NCBI GenBank assembly: GCA_021432655.1
Contig: MU271243.1
Location: 68,780-125,825, forward strand
Direction of reading: 5' to 3'
Length of the DNA stretch: 57,046 nt
Source of the DNA: Atractiella rhizophila
Taxonomy: Eukaryota
Of this stretch, positions 11,633 through 23,100 are shown piece by piece. Within the stretch, counting starts at the first letter, position 1; each line of letters starts with the position of its first letter. A program made the position numbers and the translations under genes. Below the pieces are notes generated by a model. It made no database searches and was not told the DNA's origin. It saw nothing but the letters and a program-made list of their open reading frames with translations.

Positions 11633-12762
11633 ATGGAATCACAACCTCAAACTCACTTTCCTTCCTCTCCCCCAAACGACGTCAAGCACATCACTAAAGA
11701 CTTTTATTCCCTCCTTCCCTCTTATGCAGAATCGTATCTCCAACATACCGGTGTCGTAGATGAAGAAGCCGTCTCAGTCGACGACGACGGCGAAGACAGA
11801 GGGGATCAGGACCTTGCTATGGCTTTAGGCGGCTTTTCAACTAAGGTGGACGATAGTGCAGCTGTTGACACATTGGACCTGTTAGTGGCCAGGTCTTCGT
11901 CCCTCTTGAGGCTCTCTCGCAGCGCTTTAATGAGCACGCTGGAATGTAGGGAGCAGGTGCTGCAGCTGTCTCAAGTTTTCATCTCAAGGCTCATGTGGGC
12001 TGACAGCTCGATCGTTTTAACGTGCTCTACGCATCCATGGAGTCTACCTTCGATCATAGCGAGAGAGAAATCAGAAGGCGGTCCCAACAACACAATCGAC
12101 TTGATCGGATTATCCGAGATGTGGAAAGTTCCCTGGACGGGCTCATACAAGATCGTCATTCGACAACGCTCACAAACACAAACATGGTGCCTCCGCGGCT
12201 GAGCCGCCTGCGCTCTGCAAGCAATCGCCCAGTCCCCCCTCGGCCGAAAACGCTCTATCTGAACGCTTCAGTAGTCTTTCAAGATGATCAAGATCTCAGC
12301 CCTTCTCCTTCCCGACAGATTCCATCAGTGCTTGGGCACAATCGTTACTCCCCGTCGGCCTCTTCCGCTTCATTCTCTCTATCCTCTTGGGACAGCGATA
12401 CTTTTGCCAGTGCAGCGCAAGCGCAACCTGATTCAAAGCCCAACCGAAGTGCCAAACAACTGCTGACATCTCTCAACCAGAAGAACCCGCCAGCGGATTC
12501 AGCTCGAACACCGCCGGCAGCTCGGGATTTACTTCTTCGTATAAGGGCAGCATCTCCAGGCAAAGGCAAGGGGAAAGAAAGAGACCAACGAGAAAGTGAA
12601 AGCGGGTGGGTCCCGACAGTCTCACCAGAGACCCTGCTGGAGAAACCTAGACGGCGCTCAATGCCAACTAGCAGCAACCCAGCCTGGAGTTCTGCCCCGC
12701 CAGTCCCTGCTTTGCCAGCCGATAGCAGACGGATGGATGCAAGTGGTGGGAGAGGGACATAA
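11633..12762 (+). CDS. Hypothetical protein, two exons (intron ~11957-12006)
   Basis: Two overlapping long ORFs join in phase through a gtgctg..ctgacag intron. Ser/Pro-rich C-terminus. No family recognised. Confidence 0.6.
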
Positions 12763-12857
12763 CTTGTCCCTGAAGAGGTGTTCCATTGTTTGTATTGCTG
12801 GCTGAACAAAAGCCTTGTATTCGTAGACAGAGTAAGCTCTCTTCCGCTAGGATCACC

Positions 12858-13479
12858 TTTGATTGACAACCTGCCGTGAAAAGAAGACGTCAAACGCTCC
12901 GCTGATCTTGGCGTGTCAGGCGAAGCTTACCTGGATGTTGTATTCTTTTTTCCACTGTTCGAACTGTTTTTCCTGATACCCCCTTCGTTATTCGCTTTGT
13001 TGTATTTCTCATACTCACTTTTTCTTCGTACTGCCCTGTGAGCGTTGTAACCAATCGCGAAATCTCAACATCATATTTCAGCTCGAAATCACGTCCTTGT
13101 TGAAGCACCTACCCCGTCGACGTTTCCCTTCAATGCCGGGAGAACATCTTTAACATTGCTCTCGACCAAAACACCTCCTATGAGCCGGAAGCATTTACGA
13201 TCTGGATCCAAAGTTTGCACCTCATCAAGGGTTTCAATTACCAACCTAAAGGTTTCAACTTTGATGCTTTGTAGAGATGGCCAGAAATCGAGTTACGTAT
13301 GCTCATCTTTGTCCTTCTCCAATTCGCCGACCTTGGATACCAATGCTTGAAGTTCTTGCTTTTGTTGATTGTATAGTTGTGTCAGCTCTGTCCAGAATCC
13401 AGAATTGTCAGGCGGCAGGGCGATAAGCTGAAAACCGCGCACCCTGATCAGACGGTCGAGGAGGCTTTTTCGTGGACAT
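12858..13479 (-). CDS. GIM4: Prefoldin subunit 2 (multi-exon; 3' end uncertain)
   Basis: Spliced minus-strand reading MSTKKPPRPSDQ/ELTQLYNQQKQELQALVSKVGELE...DPDRKCFRLIGGVLVESNVKDVLPAL...WKKEYNIQVV. Missed by the ORF track. Confidence 0.85.
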
Positions 13480-13667
13480 GACTTAAGACCTGAGAAAAGC
13501 AGGAAGCCTCAAACACGGTTGCTGTGGTGAGAGAAGCGCAATGAATGTGCACTTTACAAAACTTCAGAACAGGCACTTGGACAATGATAACCATTCGGAG
13601 CCGATAAATTTCAAATCCTAGTTAGTTTGTGAAGGTAACTGTTACTTCTACACCCTCGTCATTCGCC

Positions 13668-14630
13668 ATGTTGGCCCTTCGACGCTCTCCCATCCTCCTC
13701 CGGGCCGCCCAGCAGGTCCGCTTCCAGTCTTCTCAACTTTACCCAGCAGAGAAGCTGCGTTTCACGGAAGCCATCAAAGTGCCTGCAAAGCCCCCGTCTA
13801 TGTGGGAGCAGGATTACAATCCGCAATTCGAGACCAGAGTCCATCATCAAACCGCATTAGACAAAGCAGCAAACCTTTTCTTTCTCACAGAGATCCTTAG
13901 AGGTCCGTATGTCCAATTTACAGGGACCAGACTGAGCCAATGTAGGCATGTGGGTTGTTGTGGAGAATTTTTTTCGACCTCCATACACTATCATGTCAGT
14001 TTTTTTTATTATGTATAACAACTTGGGATGCTGAGCTTGTCTTTCAGGTACCCCTTTGAAAAAGGACCGATTGGTCCCCGGTTTCGAGGCGAACATGCTC
14101 TGCGCAGGTATGCCAGTGGCGAAGAGCGCTGTATTGGTGAGTAGGACGACCCGTCAGGAAGCAACCTGAGAATTGGTTCTATAGCTTGCAAGCTCTGCGA
14201 AGCCATCTGTCCTGCACAAGCGATCACGATCGAGTCTGAGACTCGTGCGGACGGTTCCCGCCGCACTACTCGCTATGGTTCGCTCATTCCGTCATCTTCT
14301 GCTCTCTATGTGAACAGCATTGCAGATATCGACATGACTAAATGCATTTATTGCGGCTATTGCCAGGAAGCTTGTCCCGTTGATGCCATCGTGGAAAGCC
14401 AGAACTTCGAGTACGCCACCGACACGAGGGAGGAATTACTCTACAACAAAGAGAAGTTGCTGGGTATGTTTTTCCCTCATTTTTTCTCGCACCCTTCTTA
14501 TGCCCCTCTTAGCCAACGGAGATAGGATGGAACCGGAACTTGCCGCAAATTTGCACGCGGTAGGCTCATGTCTTTCACTCCACAGGTGAGGTTGCTGATT
14601 AGTATCACATAGGATCATGTATACCGATAG
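13668..14630 (+). CDS. NDUFS8: NADH:ubiquinone oxidoreductase 23 kDa/TYKY Fe-S subunit (NuoI homolog)
   Basis: [41 protein letters not shown] and [22 protein letters not shown] (two 4Fe-4S motifs). Ends DHVYR*. Confidence 0.95.
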
Positions 14631-14827
14631 AACATTGCCTATTCCTAATCTGATCGATCTAAGATTGCCTTGAATTGATTTTAAAGAGAAATGGCTGTCA
14701 CGTCTTTGCATTCATCTTTGATTCAAACACTTATTGCATCATCGGATAAATATAATTGGATGTGAAGTAATGTGGATGCTTAACACGTGGACTAACCAGA
14801 CTTCTTGCACGCCAAACTTAAATCACT

Positions 14828-16283
14828 TTACGCCAGTGGTTGTCCTGCGGCCAAACCACTTTTTCGCTTTTTCGCTTCTTCTGTTCGATGAGGCTCGTCC
14901 CTGGTCCCAGAATCAGCATTGCGGACGGGGTGACTCGTGATTGTACCGTGCACGCTTCAGTCCTATTACATTCGGCAGTGTTGGAACAGTACGCTCTGGG
15001 GGATCAGTGAGTGACTTAGATGCTTCAGGCAACGGTCTGTTCGGAGCATCTATGGGCTTGGTACCGCTCACTTCGTCAGGGGATGTCTTCTGTGCTGCAG
15101 TTATGTTGTTGCCGGTTGCTACTGTTGAAGACAGAACACTTCGGCTATGCTCTATTTCTTGTGGCGTTTTCTGATAGTTGCTGGCATCTAAATCAACATC
15201 GGCGTATGCTGAATCCTCATCGTCCCAATGGTCAGAACTGGGAGCCTTTGGGAAAGGTACCTTTTTATTGTCGGTTTTGACGCCTGTTGGAGCTAGAGGA
15301 GCTAGACGCTGCACGTGGGTTCGGGCACCTTGACGAGATGGTTGTGCCTGGAGTGGTTTGGTGGCAATGTTTGGAGCGACGACTGTTGGATGGCCAGCAT
15401 TTTCTTCCTCTTTTGGGACAATACTCTTATAGCTTCGGTCTGGAAGAGATTCAGTTTGTGCCAGCACAGAACACGGAGGCGTTAGCGGCTGATTGGGACG
15501 ATGAAGAGAACTGATAACGATTTTCTCCTGAAGCTATATTAGGACTGATGTAAGAAGGTAAACACACACACCTTCGGAGCCTTCATCTTGCCCACAACTT
15601 CGAGGTATGACTTATCATAAAGGCAGTTCCCCAAGAGTGAGCCGAATATTCTCAAAGCTCTGTACAAAGATTGAGTGATGCGTCGCACATCAGAGCTGAC
15701 CAACCGTTTAAGACCGTCAGTGACGGCTTCTTTCTTGCACTGTTCAACTCATTTCGGATGTGGACACAACTGAAGGATGGTTGCTTACCTTGTCTAAAGC
15801 ATCACCTTTAGACTTGCAGTTTTCCACCTTCCCGTAGCCTATATCCTCATGGGACGTCCCGTCCTTCAAATAAACTCGGATCCTCGCTGTGACGCCTACA
15901 TCGAACCTTCCCGTCTCTGGATTTTGATCGCACTCCACCGCTTTTCAGTGGCTCGCAGGAGAGTCAATAGACATACGCACATAATCCGTCTCGAGTTCTT
16001 TGATCTCAGTGTTCCAGCCATTGAACCCAAACACTTCATTCGCAAGACTGATAGCTCTCCAACCTTCGAGATAAGTAAGTTTCGTTCCACCGCCTCCCGT
16101 TCGCGTGCTAAGGTATTCTGGGCCTAATTTCCGCTGGAGCAAAGCCTGCAGCCTTTCGATCTGTTCTTGTGTCTGCAGAGTGGGAGTTGTGCCGCCCATT
16201 TCCGGCGGTAAAGAATAGGCGAACAGATTCGTAGGTCTCCCGTTCTCCGCAGTTGTTCTCGCAAATGGGTTGGTCCTCTTCAT
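14828..16283 (-). CDS. RAD52: DNA repair and recombination protein Rad52
   Basis: [83 protein letters not shown] across GT-AG introns. Confidence 0.95.
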
Positions 16284-16800
16284 ATTGCAATCGAAATCTG
16301 AAAGCGGAACCCTCAAATTCAAACTTGAGCGTACACACTGCGCAAGATAGGTAGCGAGATCAGCGCAACATAAGGCACACTGGATGATAACACGACAAGA
16401 GAAGGTCATAATATCGCATCATTGCATTCTCCATTCTATGAACTGGAACATGGAGTAAGGCAGTACAAGCGCGGAAAGAGTTTCACTAGTGCCCGTCAAA
16501 AGGTACTCTTTTCCTTCTCGATACCTCAAATGCTAAATATTGTAATCGTGTTCAAATCTAATTGATACGGGAAGGATGCACAGAGGAGGTTGACAGACTA
16601 AGATCAGGGCTCACCTATAAGTTCAGATGCGCCGACCGAGAGGAACCCCTGAACGCGCTCCTTCAATCTTTGAGCGTGTCTCTGTCGCTTCGTCTTTGTG
16701 AACACGTCACTTGCCCCGGACCCGAGGAAACCACCTGGTTTGGTAAGAACCAAAAAAGGTTGCCTCCAACCCGTTAAGAACCAAAACGGGGGCAAAGGTG

Positions 16801-16825
16801 GGAAAGGAAAGGAAAGGAAAGGAAA
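16801..16825 (+). repeat. (GGAAA)n microsatellite / purine tract in the RAD52-RAD54 intergenic region
   Basis: Five tandem ggaaa units. Confidence 0.8.
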
Positions 16826-16972
16826 ACAAAAACAAAGGGACAACATACAAATAGAGTAATCAACTTAGCAAGTGATTCACGTTTATTGTAAGTTATGCTT
16901 GAGCTGTGCCAGTTGCCGTAGAGGCGTTTGAATTCCTTTTAACTACCTCGTGCTAGATACATTCCTCAAAAT

Positions 16973-19920
16973 ATGAGGCGTTCCGCACTCGCTGACCCGC
17001 TCACTGGAACATTGGGTAGTTTGAAAGTGAGTGGAGGTGGAGGGGGCGATTCAGCCACTCTCAGGAAAGCCTTCGTTCCACCATCTTTCACAAGGCCCCC
17101 GAGTAGGAAACGAAACCGCGCCGATTACAACGAAATTGTGCCAGAGGAACCAGTAAGAAAGAAATCGCGGAATAAGAAGTCGACAAAGAATGACGACGAC
17201 AGTGATTCGGAGGATGGCACGAAGAGGAGGAACATGTGGGATGACTATTCTGCTCTGACGCCTCGGAGGGTCTTTCCCGTGTTCAGAGTGACACCGAAGC
17301 AAAACAGCCTCTATTCAGGATTCAGGATACCCGCTGGCAACAATTCAAACATCCCAACTGAGCTCTCTGGAGCCGTCCTAGGAGCTCGCCGCCAGTCCGT
17401 CGTCATCCCTCGCCCACTCCATGACCCTATGGCGGAATCTGCCGTCGTTCTATATGATCCTACGGTTGACGACTTCGCCTCCCGTTTGCAAGCAGCAGCG
17501 CTCATAGCCAATGCTGCTGGGCAAGAAGAGAGTGAAGATTCATGCCACAAGAGTTTGGCAAAAATCCTTGGGATTGATAAGAAGAACATAGAAGTGGACA
17601 AGGTCCCAGTCGTTATCGATCCCAAAGTCGGCAAAATCTTGAGGCCACATCAAGTAGAAGGCGTAAAGTTTCTGTACAAATGCGTAACCGGAGCTGTTGT
17701 CGATGGCCAGTATGGGCAAGCTACTTTCTGGAAACGTCGACTATTTACTGACATTTCCGATCATAGTTGCATAATGGCAGATGCAATGGGGCTCGGGAAG
17801 ACTCTTCAATGTATCACGCTCCTGTGGACTCTTCTGCGCCAATCTCCAATTCCAAGCAAGCCTACCATCGACAAAGCCATTGTTGCGTGTCCAGCGAGTC
17901 TCGTTTCGAATTGGGCAAATGAACTAGGTATTATGATTTGTTGACACCGTCTCATTGGTTTCTGAGTTCTGCAGATAAGTGGCTCGGCAAAGGAACCGTT
18001 CATCCAATCAGCGTGGATGGGAAATTGTCCAAGTCCGAGTTACATGCCCTTATACGCCAATGGACTGCACAACGCGGCAGAATGGTCAGCCAACCAGGTC
18101 AAACTTTTCCTATTTCATGACCAGAAAGTGAGACGATCTAAATCTGAAACCAGTCCTCATTGTTTCATACGAGGGTCTAAGTCGCTTGACCTCTGAATTA
18201 GGTCGAACGGAAGTGGGACTGCTGTTGTGTGACGAGGGCCATAGACTTAAGAACCAAGGTGTGATTTCAATACTGCATGCTCCATATTTCGTTCTCATTT
18301 GGCGTAGACTCTCAAACTTATAAGCTATTAAAAGAGTTGAATGTCAAACGCCGAGTGCTTTTAACGGGGACACCAATTCAGAATGATCTCACTGAATATT
18401 TTTCTTGTGAGAGGCTCTGCTGCAGCCACCCCGCCACATTTAATGCCTTATTCACAGTACTCAACTTCATTAACCCAGGCTACCTTGGGACCTCCCAAGA
18501 ATTTCGCAAGAATTACGAGCTTGCCATTCTGCGCGGACGAGATTCCACTTGCAGTGACAAAGAGCGTCAACTAGGGGAGGAGAAGACCAGAGAGCTGGCT
18601 CAGAATGTCAACAAGTTTATTATTCGTCGAACAAACGAACTTCTTACTAAATATCGTGAGCAACTTCGAGGTATATTCTTTTCAGGTAGCTGACGCATGC
18701 ACAGTACCGGTGAAGTACGAACACGTCGTCTTCTGCAGTCTCACGCAATTCCAACTTGACCTTTATCGTCGTTTCCTCGATTCAGACATCACAAAAGCTT
18801 TGCTCAAGGGCAAAGAGTCTCAACCGCTTAAGGCAATAAATCTTCTCAAAAAACTGGTGAATCATCCCGATTTATTAGATCTAGCCAATGAGATCCCCGG
18901 CAGCGAACACGTATACCCTGAAGGCTACAATCAATCCGAGAAAAGCTCAAGGAGAGAATTTACGGCAGAACTAGGTGGCAAAATGGCTGTACTGGAGAGA
19001 TTTCTTTACAAGATCAATGTAGAGACGACGGACAAAATCGTACTGATCAGCAACTTCACGCAAACGTTGGATCTCATGGAGAAGTTGTGTCGACAACAGG
19101 GGTAAAGTATTTATCAGAGGGAGTTTGACTCTAATAAGATTATGTGGCAGGTACGGCTACTTCAGACTAGACGGCACCATGACCATCCAGAAGCGACAGA
19201 AACTTGTCGATAATTTCAATAATCCTCATGGGAAAGAGTTCGTGTTTTTGCTGAGCAGCAAAGCCGGCGGGTGTGGGATCAACCTGATCGGAGCTAACAG
19301 GCTCATTCTGTTTGATCCAGGTGATGGCCTCCGTGTCTCCAGTGCTGCGTATGTTAATACAATGAAGTTCTTCAGATTGGAATCCGGCATCAGATCAACA
19401 AGCTTTAGCTCGAGTATGGAGGGATGGACAAAAGAAGACCTGTACGTTAGCCCAGTGTCCTCACAACTTTCGCATGACAATCGGGTTCAGGTTTTGTCTA
19501 TCGCTTCATTGCAACTGGCACAGTGGAAGAGAAAATCTTTCAGCGGCAAGCGCAGAAGCAGCAACTTTCCTCATGTGTCGTGGATGAGAAAGAAGACGAG
19601 ATTCGACATTTCTCCAGAAATGAGCTACGAGAGCTCTTTAAACTCAGGAAAGACACAATTTCGGACACACATGACATGTTTAAGTGCAAAAGGTGCAACA
19701 AGGATGGCGTACAGATAGCGAAAGCACCTGCTATGCTCTATGGTGACACATCCACGTGAGTGTCTGTCTCCACTTATGTGACCAGCCACTTGACCAAGGC
19801 ATTAGCTGGAACCACTTTTCAGCCCAGTGTCTCGCCAAGATCCACGACGATATGTTACGGGCTGAGACAGGACTAGGAACTGTTTCCAGCGTATTCCAAT
19901 TTGTTACCACAGTTGCATGA
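16973..19920 (+). CDS. RAD54: Snf2-family DNA translocase Rad54
   Basis: Rad54 N-domain ([14 protein letters not shown]), [72 protein letters not shown]. Stop at 19918-19920. Confidence 0.95.
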
Positions 19921-20159
19921 GCCTCCTTCCCCGTGTCATGCGTAAATTTGATCATGCAAAATCCTGGATTTTGAAATGTCGAAGTCAACAGGAACACAAT
20001 ATTTACCGAGATTAAAATTTACCGGATTTGACATTGACTCCACTGATATGTGGCGTACTAGTATCGCATTCCTGACGAAAGATTTTGAAGACTTGCATTG
20101 GGTAGAAATGATAAAAATCCAGGAAAGCGTACATTACTATGAATAGGTACATGCAATTC

Positions 20160-23100
20160 TTAGACCATACTATCTCTCAGGGATTCAGCGAAGGCTAATT
20201 GACTCAAGGATTTGACTAAGTCTTGCTTTTCTGCGACATGTAAGCAAGATTGTGGAATATGTCGAAGCTGTTCACTTGAAGTCGCACAGACGGAAACAGT
20301 CTGGGCAACTCTGCTCGCCATCTCTGCCGCAGAAATATTTAGTTTCATGTTAGTCGAGTCGTATCTTCTTGTCAACTGGCCAAGGGAAGATACAACAGTT
20401 GGATCCACTCGTGAGACTTCCCGATCCTGGATTAGATCCGCATACTTGAGATATAGATCACCACCCTGAGCAAAGTGCGGGACGACCGTGGCTCGTATAG
20501 AGTCAAACAAAGAGCGGACTAAGCGAACATCGTTACTCAGAACAGCTTCAGGAGCGAGGTTGGCGACGACAACATCATGAGCTCGAATCTGTGACCCAGC
20601 TTGTAGGAGATTCTCGCGAGTGCCTACCCGGTCGCCCTTGTAAGAGGAAAAGGTCGCTTTACTGTCGTATATCCATGCCACAGGGATGCGCAATGTCTCA
20701 ATGAGGTAGTTTTGATCGTTTATCTTCACAGATTCGATGTTCCGAGTGAGGATATCTCGAATAGCAATTTCTCGACTGACACAGGTGCTCAATAAGTTTA
20801 ACACTCAAAAATACGCCGAACTCACCATTCTGGCAGCTCCAGGTGCAGCAGAACAAAAATAGCCCATTTCCAAGCCCCATGAAGCTCCAACTGACTGGCG
20901 TAGCTCAGAGTTATCCTATCAGCTCGGTGACTATGACCTTCGACCGCATCACCATTTTGATATTCAATGGGAATGGTCTCTTCACGGTCGTCGAGGTCAC
21001 GAATGTGAAGCGCCCTGGAGAAGACAACGTAAAGGTGCCAAGGGATGCTATAATCGAGGGCATCAGGACCGTAACTTCGTGGGGAAAGAGCCGCTTCGAG
21101 AGGATAGTCGACGCTGCAGAAAAGTTGAAGTAACTCGTAGATGGAGTCATGAACCGAATGAGTCTTGCTGGCACTATCTATATACCACGGGAGCGGTTTT
21201 GTCGCCCCACCAACCCGTTTGGTGCTCTGCGTGTAGGACGAAAGAGCGGAACCAATATCCGCGCAATGTACGCCATACCAAAAATGAAGCCCGAAAACTC
21301 TCTTCCAATCCAAGCCATTTGTCATACTAACTTCCTCTCCTCTGATATTTGGAATGATGTGCGTGTTCCCATCCAAAAGCTCGTAGATCTTCCGTAAATC
21401 TGTTGGAATGTGGGGGTCAACCTGGTCTTGCTTCCAGGTGGACAACTGAAGCGCAATATCGTTACGAAAGGTCTCATCCCCGCCTATCTGACTCAGAAGG
21501 GTTGCTAAGCGAAGGTTTTTGGCGTCAAGACTAGACTGGCATGCTCGATCTACTTGAAAGCCTGTCAACAACGCGAAAATTCGAGCGTAATGCGAATCTC
21601 TAGCAGACGAAGAAGGAAGAGAGTCCTCCACGTCTTTGGCCACTGTGTGCTCTAGCCAATGTGAAAAACCATCGCGGCGCTTGTGAGCGAGAATATGTGA
21701 CAGAACGTCTCGGTCCTTTGGAGTGCATCCCAAGTCGACTTCGTCAAAGAGAACTTCGCAAAGACGGTAAACAATTGCTTTATGTGAACGATCATCTCGA
21801 GGGAACTGCGAGGCCAAATCCGCAAAACGAAGTGAGGATCGTGGTATCGCCTGAGGTATTCCCTCTACGTCCTCAATTATCGTATGCTGCAGGTGGACCG
21901 AAAGCGAGGTGTCCAAGTGCAAGTCGGACTCCTCCTTCACTTTTCGAATGACTACAGTTCCCTTTGGTGGACTATAAACACATCAGGAAATCGTTCCATG
22001 TCGACTTGGAGCCTTACTTCGAGGTTGCTCCGCTAAGCTTGCCGAGATAGACTAATTGGCCTTTTGAACCCCAGCTTGCACGAAACGATCGACCCAACAT
22101 CAAGCCAGCATCCACAGAGCTGCTTGGAGCAAAATGTGATGCCGTGTTACGCATATCGTACCGTTTCACGGGGTGCGACCTTACCGGAATATTCGGTGGA
22201 GTAGTTGGCTAAAAGGAGGTTTTAGTATGACAAGTATTAGGGCAAGGGAATACAGACCTTGAGCAATGAAAGGTGAGCAACGGCTGATCTTGACGAAGGG
22301 GGAGCAGGAACATTGATCGAGACAGGAGAAGACTCTGCGGCAAAAAGAGAAGCTTGCATGACGGCAACACGCTTCGGTTCTAATCCCAGCTTCTTCGGCC
22401 AGGGTTCGCAGATCGATGCGGAAGTGGTTACTCGATACCTGGCCATCGAGGATTGCGGCAACTTCTCGTCGTCGTCAGACTCTGTCTCAAGGCCGCTGTC
22501 TTCATCTCGAGATATCAACTTGATGTAGCGAGACGGGGCAAATTTGGCCACTCCTACCTGGGGAGAAGGTGGATCACTGTCTTCTGTCTCGCTTTCTCGG
22601 TCGTCCTCTTCCTCTTCCTCGTCAGTTCCTTCCGCCAAAGACTTGCGAGGCGGCAAATCGTCTTCCATCCCATCCGAAGGGCTGACCCTAACGTCGACAT
22701 CGATGTTAGGCTTCCCCAGTTCTGAATCCGAGGCCGAATCCTCGTCATCGCTGTCGTAAAGACCGTAACGCGAGAAGTGTTGAACCTGGAAAGTCCAGGT
22801 ACCAGTCTCGGCGGCATAATCGACAAATTTTGTATCGGGCATTTTCTTCAGTCTTTTAATGTGTTTGATGACCCGAGTATCGTCAGGATCTTTGACAGGA
22901 TCTCTGGTGGCTTTGTCATGAGGCCAGCACTGTTCTAGGCGAACAACTGCTGGAACGTTGATGCCTTCTCCCACAGAAGGCTTCTTTGCCACGTACCCAG
23001 TCGGGTACACATTTATGCTTCGATCAGAAAATTGAACCGCTTTTCCGAGAAGATCTTTGAATTGATGCAACTGGGACAGATCGACTGGTTTCATGAACTT

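Noticed and set aside
12345..12893. 182-aa minus-strand ORF
   Set aside because: Overlaps the longer + strand exon in antisense and has no recognisable motif.
16598..16606. ctaagatca resembling U2 snRNA (and an aggtggtttcc resemblance to U1 on the minus strand)
   Set aside because: The rest of the U2 and U1 sequence (branch-pairing GTAGTA, 5' ATACTTACCTG, Sm site) is absent.
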